NCBI GenBank assembly: GCA_963806225.1
Contig: CAWDXG010000004.1
Coordinates: 32,001 to 96,000 of the forward strand
Length of the DNA stretch: 64,000 nt
Direction of reading: 5' to 3'
DNA from: an uncultured delta proteobacterium
GTDB lineage: Bacteria > Myxococcota_A > Polyangia > Polyangiales > Polyangiaceae
The notes under the pieces were generated by a model that saw only the letters and a program-made list of their open reading frames with translations, searched no databases and had not been told where the DNA came from. Below, piece by piece: positions 45,789 through 55,278 of this stretch. The position numbers were made by a program, and so were the translations under genes. Each line of letters begins with the position of its first letter. Within the stretch, counting starts at the first letter, position 1.

Positions 45789-46694
45789 CTAGCCGGTCGC
45801 GCCGCGGTCGTCGCCGGGCGCGTCGGCGCAGCAGCGCGCGCCGACCTGGATGTCGTTGTAGTAGTCGTCGTGTGCCGTGGTCGCGGGACGGCAGCGGTTG
45901 CGTCCAGCCATCCACCAGCCGCCCTTCAGCCCGTTGCGGAAGGGCGTTGCGAAGCGCGCTTCCTCCCTCAGCACGGGCTCGTCGAGATTGCCCACCATGT
46001 CGTAGACGCCGAAGGGGCTCACGCAGCGGGGGTTCGCATCGGCGGGCTTGCGCAGGTCGCGTAGCACGCGGCGCCGCGGATTGGGCTTGTACAGGTCGGA
46101 CTGATCCTGGTTGCACACCGGCTCGCGCTTCCAGCCGTACGGATAGGGCCGCATCTGTTCGCCTTCACAGGCGAAGTTCCACTCTCCCTCGGTGCAGACG
46201 CGCTTTTTGAGCTTCTTGCAGAGCCGGCTCACGGTCACGAAGCTCTGGTAGTTCGCGGGGAGCTGCTCGCCAGGGCGCGTGTACTCGTAGCGGTCGATAC
46301 AGAAGTGCATACGGACGCGGCGGCCGACGCAGCGCGCGGGCCTTTCGTACTCGGCGCAGCGCGCGAAGGGCAGCTTCCTGTCATCCAGCCAGTGCTTGCA
46401 GGTCTGCTTCACCTCGGTGCAGTAGTCGCCTTCCACCAGGACCATGTCCGGAGGGCATGCCTGGGCGGGTTTGGCCGGTCTGCGGGCGGACGGCGGGATG
46501 GGCGCGAGAGGCTCTTCGGCGGTGATCGCCGTTTCCGTCAACTGCACCGGCGCGGCCGGCGGGGACCACGCGGGAACCGGCGTCAGCCGGCGCGCGGGCG
46601 TTCCACTGGGTGGCAGGGGGCCCGCGTTGGCTCCTGCGGCGATCCGCAGCAGAAATGCGGCGATCAACACTGCAAGAGGCCGTCGGGGGGACAT
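45789..46694 (-). CDS. FGE-sulfatase-fold exported protein (tandem paralog)
   Basis: CPPDMVLV, FCIDRYEY, ACEGEQMRPYPYG, SPFGVYDMVGNLDE, GARCC. Confidence 0.88.
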   Translation of the reverse strand: MSPRRPLAVLIAAFLLRIAAGANAGPLPPSGTPARRLTPVPAWSPPAAPVQLTETAITAEEPLAPIPPSARRPAKPAQACPPDMVLVEGDYCTEVKQTCKHWLDDRKLPFARCAEYERPARCVGRRVRMHFCIDRYEYTRPGEQLPANYQSFVTVSRLCKKLKKRVCTEGEWNFACEGEQMRPYPYGWKREPVCNQDQSDLYKPNPRRRVLRDLRKPADANPRCVSPFGVYDMVGNLDEPVLREEARFATPFRNGLKGGWWMAGRNRCRPATTAHDDYYNDIQVGARCCADAPGDDRGATG

Positions 46695-46823
46695 TCTACG
46701 CGTAGCTACATGATGAGGCTTGCAGCGCGCTCCGGCAAACTCCGGACAGGTCGAGCTGAGCCCGCCCGGCATCCGACGGCGGCCCCGCTCTCCGCCGCCG
46801 ATGGCACGTTGCGTCATCGCCCC

Positions 46824-47669
46824 TCAGGGCGCGCTGCCGGCGTCGCCGAGGAAAGGAACGAAGCGCACGGGCAGCGAGCGGTGGTGGCGGAGCGCGCCGC
46901 GACCGCTGCCCGCCTTGACGCGTGTCCAGATTTCCAGCCACTGGACACCCATGTCCGGGCCCACGGGAATCACCAGCCGGCCCCCGATAGCGAGCTGATC
47001 GAGCAACGGCTGGGGAACGCGCTCGGGCGCTGCCGTGACGATGATCGCGTCGAACGGCGCCGCTTCGGGCCAGCCGCGATAGCCGTCTCCTACCCTGAGC
47101 GCGACGCGCTCCGGACTGTAGCCGAGCGCGCGCAGGTTCCGCTCGCCGAAGCGCGCTACGGCAGGCAGATACTCGATGCTGTAGGTGCGGGCGCACAGCT
47201 CCGCCAGGACAGCTGCCTGGTAGCCGCTGCCGGTGCCGATCTCGAGACAGCGATCGGTCGGCCGGGGAGAGACCGCTTCCGTCATGAAGGCGACGATGAA
47301 GGGTTGGCTGATGGTCTGTTGATGACCGATCGGGAGCGGAGCGTCGTCGTAGGCTTCCTCGGCGTACGCCCGGGGCACGAAGGCGTGGCGGGGCACCCTG
47401 CGGAGCGCCGTGAGGACGCGCTTTTCGTGGACTCCATGCCTGGCGATCTCGTCGACCAGATGCGCGCGCTCCTCGACGCGCTCGTTGAACGCCGGCGCGC
47501 GGTGCGGGGGCAGCGCCAGCGTGCTCGACGCCGGATGGCTAGCCTCGAAGAGCGCCGGCTGGCTGCGCTCCTGATCGGCGCTCTTCGGACATCCACCGAC
47601 GAGCAGCGCCAACAGCGCCCCCAGGACGTTCCGCCACGAGTCGCACGCCCGATCCGACGCTCCGCGCAT
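46824..47669 (-). CDS. pcm: protein-L-isoaspartate O-methyltransferase with N-terminal lipoprotein-like extension
   Basis: VPRHAFVP, PIGHQQTISQP, LEIGTGSGYQAAVLA, GDGYRGWPEAAPFDAI, VRFVPF. Confidence 0.93.
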   Translation of the reverse strand: MRGASDRACDSWRNVLGALLALLVGGCPKSADQERSQPALFEASHPASSTLALPPHRAPAFNERVEERAHLVDEIARHGVHEKRVLTALRRVPRHAFVPRAYAEEAYDDAPLPIGHQQTISQPFIVAFMTEAVSPRPTDRCLEIGTGSGYQAAVLAELCARTYSIEYLPAVARFGERNLRALGYSPERVALRVGDGYRGWPEAAPFDAIIVTAAPERVPQPLLDQLAIGGRLVIPVGPDMGVQWLEIWTRVKAGSGRGALRHHRSLPVRFVPFLGDAGSAP

Positions 47670-47713
47670 GTCCCCCCCCCTGCTTCGACCGCGAGCCCCC
47701 GGATGGGCCCGTG

Positions 47714-49069
47714 TCAAACCTGGGAGCTCTCTGCCCCTCCCGCAAGAGCCAGCTCGAAGCGGGCGTCGTCGCTGAGCGTGGAAAGATCGGCATCCGTGCG
47801 TGCGCGTGCGGGCTCGCTGTGCCCCGCACGCACCGCGTCTTCCAGCGCGCCTAGCGCCTCGTCCCTGAGCCTGGCCCGGGCGTAGCCGCGCGCGGCGTCG
47901 TAGGCATCGCGCGGCGCTTGTGTGCGTTCGAACAGGGTGTGGAGCAGGCGGCCTGCCGCTTCCGCCGCGCCGGCCTCGAAGGCTTCGGCTGCAACGCGCC
48001 GGGTGTCCTCGTCCGGCGTGTCCTCGAGGATCTCGCTGGTCAGCCGGGCTGCGTCCTCGTGGCGCCCCGTCCGGAGCAGGACGCGCACTAGCAGCCCTGC
48101 CAGCTCAGGTCGCAGATCGCCGCTGTGCCGCGCGGACAATAGCACTGCGCACGCCCGGTCCAGGTCTCCGTCCAGCTCGTGGATGGCGCCCTCCAGATAG
48201 GGATCGATGCGCCCGCCGGGGGGCACGTTGCGCAGCACGTCGCGCGCCGCGGCGGCGTCGCCGCCCATCACTGTCGCCCAGCCGCTGAGCTCCAGGGCGA
48301 GCCGCCGCTGTTCGGGATCGCCCGAAGCATCGAACACCGCCTTGGACATCGCGGCCGCCGAGGCATGGTCGCCCGCATCCATGGCTTCCTGCGCGCGGAC
48401 CAGCACCTGCGAGAGCAGCTCCGGCGGCGCCGGACCCTGGTAGCGGGAACGATTCCGTTCCGCCATGAAGCTGGACACGCCGCCGAGCGCGAAGATCAGC
48501 GCGGCGTAGGTCCAGCCCATCTTGTAGAACCCGGCCGCCAGGGCCAGGCCGAACACGAGCGAGAGCGTGGCAGCGACCCGCCGCCGCCGGGGACCCAGCG
48601 CCTGCGCCAGGATCTGGCCTCCGTCGAACGGCAGCACGGGAAGGAGGTTGATCGCGCTCCACAGCAGGTTGGCCCAGATCAGGAGCTCGAGCGCCAGGGC
48701 CAGCATCGATCCGGTCGGCACGGCAGAGCCCGCGCCCAGCTTGACGCCGAGCGCGACCAGACCGAGCGCGAAGCCGGCGAAGGGACCCGCCAGCGTCACC
48801 AGAATGCTGCGCTGCCGCCCGATGTCGTGTGTGGGAGTCCAGCTGGTCAGGCCGCCCATCATGTGCAGCGTGATAGCCGGCGACTGGCCGTACAGCCGCG
48901 CCGTGGACGCATGCCCGAGCTCGTGCACGAGGATCGACACCAGCACCACGCCGAGCCAGATCATCATGGCCACCGGCTTCTGCGCGAAGGATAGCCCGAG
49001 CAACACCGCCAGCACCCAGAACCCGGGCTGGATGCGCACGGGAAAACCGAAAAGCCGGAATCTCAGCAT
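47714..49069 (-). CDS. site-2 protease (M50) with C-terminal TPR-like region
   Basis: ILVHELGH zinc motif, AGP, NLLPVLPFDGG, then helical repeats. Confidence 0.9.
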   Translation of the reverse strand: MLRFRLFGFPVRIQPGFWVLAVLLGLSFAQKPVAMMIWLGVVLVSILVHELGHASTARLYGQSPAITLHMMGGLTSWTPTHDIGRQRSILVTLAGPFAGFALGLVALGVKLGAGSAVPTGSMLALALELLIWANLLWSAINLLPVLPFDGGQILAQALGPRRRRVAATLSLVFGLALAAGFYKMGWTYAALIFALGGVSSFMAERNRSRYQGPAPPELLSQVLVRAQEAMDAGDHASAAAMSKAVFDASGDPEQRRLALELSGWATVMGGDAAAARDVLRNVPPGGRIDPYLEGAIHELDGDLDRACAVLLSARHSGDLRPELAGLLVRVLLRTGRHEDAARLTSEILEDTPDEDTRRVAAEAFEAGAAEAAGRLLHTLFERTQAPRDAYDAARGYARARLRDEALGALEDAVRAGHSEPARARTDADLSTLSDDARFELALAGGAESSQV

Positions 49070-49072
49070 CGC

Positions 49073-51369
49073 CTACGAAAACGGGTCTAGCACGGGGCGG
49101 AAGGCTACGCAGATCTGCCGCGCCGGCGCGACGTTCCGCCGGGGCTTCTTCTTCTCTGCGCGGCGAGGCGGCGGCAGCCCCTTCCATAGCCGGGCAAGGA
49201 CCTCGAGCTGCTCGAGCAGCGCCGTGTTCGATTCCACCCAGTACGTTGCCTGTGCGTTGCGGCTACCGACCCAGCACGTGACGGCGCGCGCCCTCCATCC
49301 AGTGGGGATGGCCTCCATCATCTCCTCGTCGGTGCGGTCGTCGCCGGCGCAGAACAGGAAGTCCGAGCGCGCGTGCCGCTTCAGCAGAGCCTGCACCGCC
49401 TGGCCCTTGGTGATGCGTTCGTGGCGGACCTCGATGACGCGCGAGCCCCGGAGCACGTTGTAGGGCCGACGTTTGAGCGTGTCCTCCAGGAGCGAGAGCA
49501 GCTCGTTGGCCTGGAAGGTGCCGAACTCGGGATCGACGCCGCGGTAGTGCCAGGCGATGGCCGCGTCCTTGTACTCGATCGCGCTGCCCGGAGTGCGCCG
49601 CGTGAAGTCCTGGAACAGCGGCTCCACCAGCCGGCGGATCGCCGCCCCGCTGACCTTGGCGCGGCGCTCCCAGTCGCCGCCCGGCGTCTTGATGGCCAGG
49701 CCGTGCTCGCTGACCAACCCGATGTCGAGCTCACCCAGCCACTCCTCGAGCACAGCCTTGCTGCGCCCGCTGATGACGTACACCGCGGCGGTTTCCGCCA
49801 GCGAGGACAGCGCGCCGAGGATGCGCGCATCCGGCACCGCCTCGCGGGGGTCGAGCACGTAGGAGCGCAGCGTGCCGTCGTAGTCGAGCAGCACCAGAGG
49901 GCGCCGGCTCTTCTTCACCTTGTCGACGAGCGGCGGCTTGCCGACATCGAGCAGCTCCGCAGCTCGGCCGCACGTCACCAGCGGTGGCTTCCAGCCGGTC
50001 GAGGAAGCGATTCGCCCATACCATGGACGTGTTCTCGTTGACGAAGGCAAGCATGTGCCGGAACGCCTCGGCGTCGGGCCGGTCCTGCTCCAGGCTCTCG
50101 GCGAGGGCGCCCGCGACCTCGTCGATGCTGTACGGGCTCACCAGCCGTGCGCCGGGCAGACAGTGCGCGGCTCCGGCGAATTCGCTGAGGATCAGCGTGC
50201 CGCCGCGCTCGGCGCGCGCCGCGACGTATTCCAGCGCCACCAGGTTCATCCCGTCGCGCACAGGCGTAACCAGCGCGATGTCGGCGGCCTGGTACAGTCC
50301 AACGAGGCGCGCGCGCGACATGGCCTGGTTGACGTAGACGACCGGCATCGTGCTCGACGAGCCGTAGCGGCCGTTGATGCGGCCGACCAGCTCGTCCACG
50401 TCGCGCTTGAGCCGCTGGTACTCCGCCACGTCGGTGCGCGACGGCGCCGCAATCTGGATCAGCACCACCCGCTGGCGCCACTTCGGATGCGTCTTGCAGC
50501 AGCTGCTCGAAGGCGAGCAGCTTGGCCGGGATGCCCTTGGTGTAGTCGAGGCGATCGACGCCTACGATGATCTTCTTGCCGGCGTACGTGCTCTGCAGGC
50601 TAGCGAGCTCCTGGCGCGCCTCGCGGCTCTCGGCCATCTCGTGGATCTCGGCGGGATCGATCCCGATCGGGAGCACGCCGAGCTGGACCTTGCGTGAGCT
50701 CATGCGGATGGCCATCGGCTCCGACTCGAGCCCGAGCACGCGCAGCGCGGCGTTGCGGAAGTGGCTGACGTACTCGTAGGCGTGGAAGCCGATCAGGTCC
50801 GCGCCCAGCATGCCACGCAGGATCTGCTCGCGGACCGGCAGCGTGCGGTAGGTCTCCGCCGACGGGAACGGGATGTGCAGGAAGAAGCCGATGGGGCAAC
50901 CGGTGCCGCGGCGCCGCACCATCTCGGGCACCAGGGCCAGCTGGTAGTCGTGCACCCAGATCACGTCGCCCGGGCGCGCCAGCCGGCAGATCTCCTCGGC
51001 GAACATCTCGTTCACCTTCTCGTAGGACTGGTAGCCGGACATACCGAAGTGCGATCGGTCCGTCAGGTTGTGGAACAGGGGCCACAGCTCGCGATTGGAG
51101 AAGCCCATGTAGAAGCCCTCGATGTCGCCCTTGCTGATGAACACGGGCACGCTGCCGTGCTGGGCCAGGACCCGCGTCACCTCGGGCCGGTCCGGCTCGC
51201 CGACGGAGGTTCCCGGCCACCCGAGCCAGGTAAAGGGCCGCCGCTCGGCAACCGCCTTGAGCGCTGTCACCAGCCCGCCGGTGCTGGTCGCCACCTCCCA
51301 CGTGTCGTGGCGGTGCGACAGCGTTACGGGCAGGCGTGCGGATGCGACAATAAGCCTGGGCTTGCTCAC
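49073..51369 (-). CDS. otsAB: bifunctional trehalose-6-phosphate synthase/phosphatase (OtsA-OtsB fusion); frameshifts
   Basis: GT20 motifs RLP, WVHDYQL, FFLHIPFP, DRLDYTKG, RDGMNLVALE, SEFAGAA. HAD phosphatase motifs LDYDGTL, ISGR, EHG, GDDRTDE. Confidence 0.93.
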
Positions 51370-51412
51370 GGCGCTGTCCCCTCACGCGGCAAAGCGTGCG
51401 TCATGGCGCCCT

Positions 51413-51425
51413 CTTATGTCATAAG
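51413..51425. promoter_or_regulatory. perfect AT-rich palindrome CTTATG-T-CATAAG between divergent trehalose genes; candidate operator
   Basis: Seen directly in the 151-bp divergent intergenic region. Confidence 0.4.
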
Positions 51426-51520
51426 CTCCGCCCACTGAACAACTCGGCGGTCCGGATCGGCCCCGGGCAGCCGCGCAAACGGCTCCAGGCCCCCGCGGAG
51501 CCGAACGAGGACCTATCTGA

Positions 51521-53295
51521 GTGAAGCTCGCCCTTATCGGTAACTGCGCGTACCAGGCTCTGATCGACGACCGGGGGCGGGTCGTCTGGCTGTGCTGGCC
51601 CCGCTTCGATTCCAGCTTCGTGTTCGGCGCGCTGCGTCGACGACGAGCGCGGCGGCAGCTTCACCGTGGAGCCCAAAGGCGAGCAATACGAGACGGAGCA
51701 GGCGTATCTACCGAACACCAACATCCTCAGGACGGTGTTCACGGCCGAATCGGGTTCGTTCGAGGTCGTCGATTTCGCTCCTCGCTTCAAGCAGTACGAG
51801 CGGTCCTTCAAACCGACGATGCTGATCCGCCGGCTGCGCCGTCTTTCCGGCGACCCGGTGGTCCGCATCCGGTGCCATCCTGTGTACGACTACGGGCGCG
51901 TGCAACCCTCGCCGTATCTGGCGAGCAACCACATCCAGTGGCCGATCCCGGGCGCGCAGCTGCGTCTGACGACCAACGTGCCGCTCAACTACATCGCCGA
52001 AGGGCGCGAGTTCCTGCTGGAGCGCGAGGCCTACGTGGTGCTGACATGGGGCGCGCCGCTCGAGGCGGCGCTGGCCGAGACCTGCGAGAGCTTCTTCAAC
52101 CAAACGCGCCGCTACTGGGAAACCTGGGTCAAGCACACGACGCTGCCGGGCCGCTTCCAGCCCGAGGTGCTCCGCTCCGCGCTGGCGCTGAAGCTCCACC
52201 AGTACGAGGACACCGGGGCGATCACGGCGGCGACCACTACCAGCATCCCCGAGTACCCCGGTTCCGGGCGCAACTGGGACTACCGCTTCTGCTGGCTCCG
52301 TGACTCGTATTTCACGCTGCGAGCGATGCGCCGCATCGGCCACTTCGACGAGATGGAGGCCTTCGTCTCGTTCCTGAAGAACCTGGCGGAGTCCTCTCCA
52401 GAACACCTGCAGCCGGTCTACGGCATCTCCGGCGAGCGCGAGCTGCACGAGCTCGCGCTCGATCACCTGCCGGGCTATCTCGGCAATCCGCCCGTCAGCG
52501 CCGGCAACGCCGCCTACCAGCAGATCCAGAACGACGTTTACGGCGAGATGATCGCCGCGATCGCCCCCATCTTCCTCGATATCCGCTTCGGCGAGCACCT
52601 CTCGGGCCGCTCCGATCGCCTGGTGCGGCGGCTGCTCGATCGCATCGCCGTGACGCTGGAGCTACCCGACGCGGGGATCTGGGAGATCCGCGGACGACAC
52701 GCGTGTGCACACCTTCTCGCTCCTGATGCACTGGGTGGGCGCTGTGGTTGCAGCGCGCATCGCCGAGCGACTCCGCGAGCCTGCTCTCGAGGGCCAGGCG
52801 CGCGGCCTCGCCGCTCGCACCCGCGCGCTGATAGAGGACCGCTGCTGGCGGCCGGACCGGGGCTACTACGGCGACTCGCTCGTTACCGACAACGCCGACG
52901 GCTCGCTCTTGATGATGGTCAACCTCGGCTTCCTCAGGAAGAGCCACCCCCACGCCGAGTCGCACCTCAGGCAGCTCTCGCGGCAGCTCGGTGTGAACGG
53001 TCACCTGATGCACCGCTACGTGCACCACGACGGTATCGGCGAGTCGCACGGCACGTTCACCGTGTGTGGCTACTGGCACGCCGAGGCGCTGGCTCGTCTC
53101 GGTCACCGCGACGAGGCGGAAGAGGCCATGGCGCACCTGGTCGGACACGCCAACCATGTTGGTTTGATCAGCGAAGACGTGGATCCAGAGACGGGCACCC
53201 AATGGGGCAATTTCCCGCAGACCTACTCGCACGTCGGCCTGATCAACGCCGCCTTCGCCATCAGCCCGATGCCGACCGAAGTCGGCGATCCGTGA
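51521..53295 (+). CDS. glycoside hydrolase family 15 (trehalase-like); two frameshifts
   Basis: LIGNC, WLCWPRFDS, RSALALKL, TTSIPE...RNWDYRFCWLRDS, QNDVYGE, GIWE, GNFPQTYSHVGLINAA. Confidence 0.92.
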
Positions 53296-53336
53296 GCGCG
53301 TCGCCCTGAACCAGCCCAGGCCGTCGCCGACCGCGC

Positions 53337-55211
53337 CTACGGGTGGATGTCGACGATGGTCCCCTCGCCCATGTCGGCACCGACGTTGATGCCGTGCCAA
53401 CCCGGAGGTACCGGCGGATCGGTCCACATGAAGACAACGCGGGCGTCGATGGGGGCGAGGTTCACGCAGCCGTGGCTACGCGGGATGCCGAACACGTCGT
53501 GCCAGTAGGCACCGTGCAGCGCGTAGCCCGAGGCGAAGTACTGGATCCAGGGTACGTCGCGCAGCTGGAAACCTGAAGCGCCGCGTCGCACGGTGACGCC
53601 GTACTCCGGCGGCCGGCCCTTGTGGATGTTGTCCAGCCGGCGCTGGTCGCGCGGGTTCAACTTGTCGCCGGCCTTCTCTGCCGCGAGCAGCCGCTTGACG
53701 GTGGCGCGGTCGTCGGCCGAGAGCGAGCGATGCGTGTTGGCGCGCGTGCCGCCGGCTACGTCCGAGTTCTCGTTCGAGTCCATCATGGCCGCGATGTGCT
53801 TGCTCTTCAGGCGGAAGATGCCCTGGGGCGTGGCCAGCTGCGTCTTCGGATCGCCGAGCCTGACGCGCCCGGTCGAGACGAGCGTCGCGTACCAGGGGCG
53901 CTTGCCTTCGTAGAGCACGAGGGTCTGCTGACGCAGCGAGATGTCGATCCACTTCTCGCCCTTCTTTGCGAAGTCGGGCCATTGTTCCGGGTACGCGACG
54001 ATGCCGATGTCGCTCGCCTTGAGCCAGATCGTCTTGTCCTTGAGCGTCTGGTAGTAGCGGTGCCCCGCCTTGATGCGCGCCTTGCCGCTGATCGGCACGA
54101 CCGCGCGGCGCGGGATATCCGCCACTTCCTCCACCTCGTCGGCGCCCCGGATGAGGTGGTAGGTCTTCACGCCGCGCTTGATCACCCAGCAGAACGGGAT
54201 CGGGAAGTTCTTGTTGATCTCGATCCCGTGGAACGGTGAGGCCGTATCCGGCTTGACCTTGGTGGTGGGGATCAGCCGCATGTCCACCGTGACCGCGAAG
54301 CGGCGATGGAAGCCGTTGTCGTTGGTGTCGAAGGCGTCGATGAACGACAGTCCCGTCTTGCGCCGCACGCGGTCAGCGAACACCGCGTAGTCCGGCACCT
54401 TGAAGGCGGCGACGTTGGGGATCAGCCGCTTGTGATCCTCCAGCCACCACGGGATCGGCTCGTCGGCGCTCTTGCCGCCGAACAGCTCGTCGCGGCTGAG
54501 CTGCGTGGACAGCCGGAAGCCCTTGGGGTGCGCGAGGCCGGGCATGGCGATGCCGCGCGAGTCGAGCGGCACGTCGTTCGCGCCGAGATCCACCCGCTGC
54601 ACCTCGGCCTTGTGCTCCTTGAACCACTCCAGGTGCTCGTCGAGCTTGAACTCGCTCTTCTCCTGTTCGGCCTTGGTGGGGATGCGCAGGTACTGCGGCG
54701 CCGTCGCCCGCACGAAGCCGTAGTGGTACGGCATGGGCTTGGACAGGTCCGGCCTGATGTCGGCGGCGCGGATGATGGGCTTGTGGAGGTCGGTCGTCGC
54801 CTCGTCGGTACACATGTAGCCCATCGGATAGACGTGGTACCACTTGCCCTTGCAGCCGTGCCCGCTCACCGGATCCGGATCGCGCTGGACGCTGCTGCCG
54901 AGCCGGACGTAGCCGAGCTTGCGTGAGTTTTCGTTCGGCAGCTTGTAGACGGTGGCGGCGATGACCGTGGCGGCGATTTGCGGCGAGCTCTGTGGCGCCT
55001 TGGTGTCGAGCTCGCCGTGGTTGACCTTCATGCTCGACAGCGGCGCCGTGGCGGAAAGCGCTCTGGACGACGCCGCCGCTGCCGAAGAGGACGCGGCGGG
55101 AGCGTCCTTCGCCGCCGCCCCCTTGTGGCAGCCGGCCGGAAGCGTCGCCGCGCCCAGCGCGACCAGAGCGGCGACGGCCCGCCGCCGCAGAAGGATCCGG
55201 CACTCGATCAT
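53337..55211 (-). CDS. L,D-transpeptidase (YkuD) family lipoprotein
   Basis: Lipobox PAGC, WIDISLRQQTLVLYEG...LVSTG...TPQGIF, ALHGAYWH...SHGCVNL catalytic His/Cys. Confidence 0.92.
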   Translation of the reverse strand: MIECRILLRRRAVAALVALGAATLPAGCHKGAAAKDAPAASSSAAAASSRALSATAPLSSMKVNHGELDTKAPQSSPQIAATVIAATVYKLPNENSRKLGYVRLGSSVQRDPDPVSGHGCKGKWYHVYPMGYMCTDEATTDLHKPIIRAADIRPDLSKPMPYHYGFVRATAPQYLRIPTKAEQEKSEFKLDEHLEWFKEHKAEVQRVDLGANDVPLDSRGIAMPGLAHPKGFRLSTQLSRDELFGGKSADEPIPWWLEDHKRLIPNVAAFKVPDYAVFADRVRRKTGLSFIDAFDTNDNGFHRRFAVTVDMRLIPTTKVKPDTASPFHGIEINKNFPIPFCWVIKRGVKTYHLIRGADEVEEVADIPRRAVVPISGKARIKAGHRYYQTLKDKTIWLKASDIGIVAYPEQWPDFAKKGEKWIDISLRQQTLVLYEGKRPWYATLVSTGRVRLGDPKTQLATPQGIFRLKSKHIAAMMDSNENSDVAGGTRANTHRSLSADDRATVKRLLAAEKAGDKLNPRDQRRLDNIHKGRPPEYGVTVRRGASGFQLRDVPWIQYFASGYALHGAYWHDVFGIPRSHGCVNLAPIDARVVFMWTDPPVPPGWHGINVGADMGEGTIVDIHP

Positions 55212-55278
55212 GGCCGCCCGGTTTACCGCGAAAAGAGCAGGAGATCAACCCGGCTCTCCCGCCTCCCCGCGGCAGGTG

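Noticed and set aside
31245..46694. Diversity-generating retroelement (RT plus C-type-lectin/FGE-fold targets)
   Set aside because: The RT has group II intron motifs (YADD, GTPQGGPLSP) and an intron 5' end. No template/variable repeat pair differing only at adenines was seen, the FGE C-termini differ at all base types, and there is no Avd-like gene.
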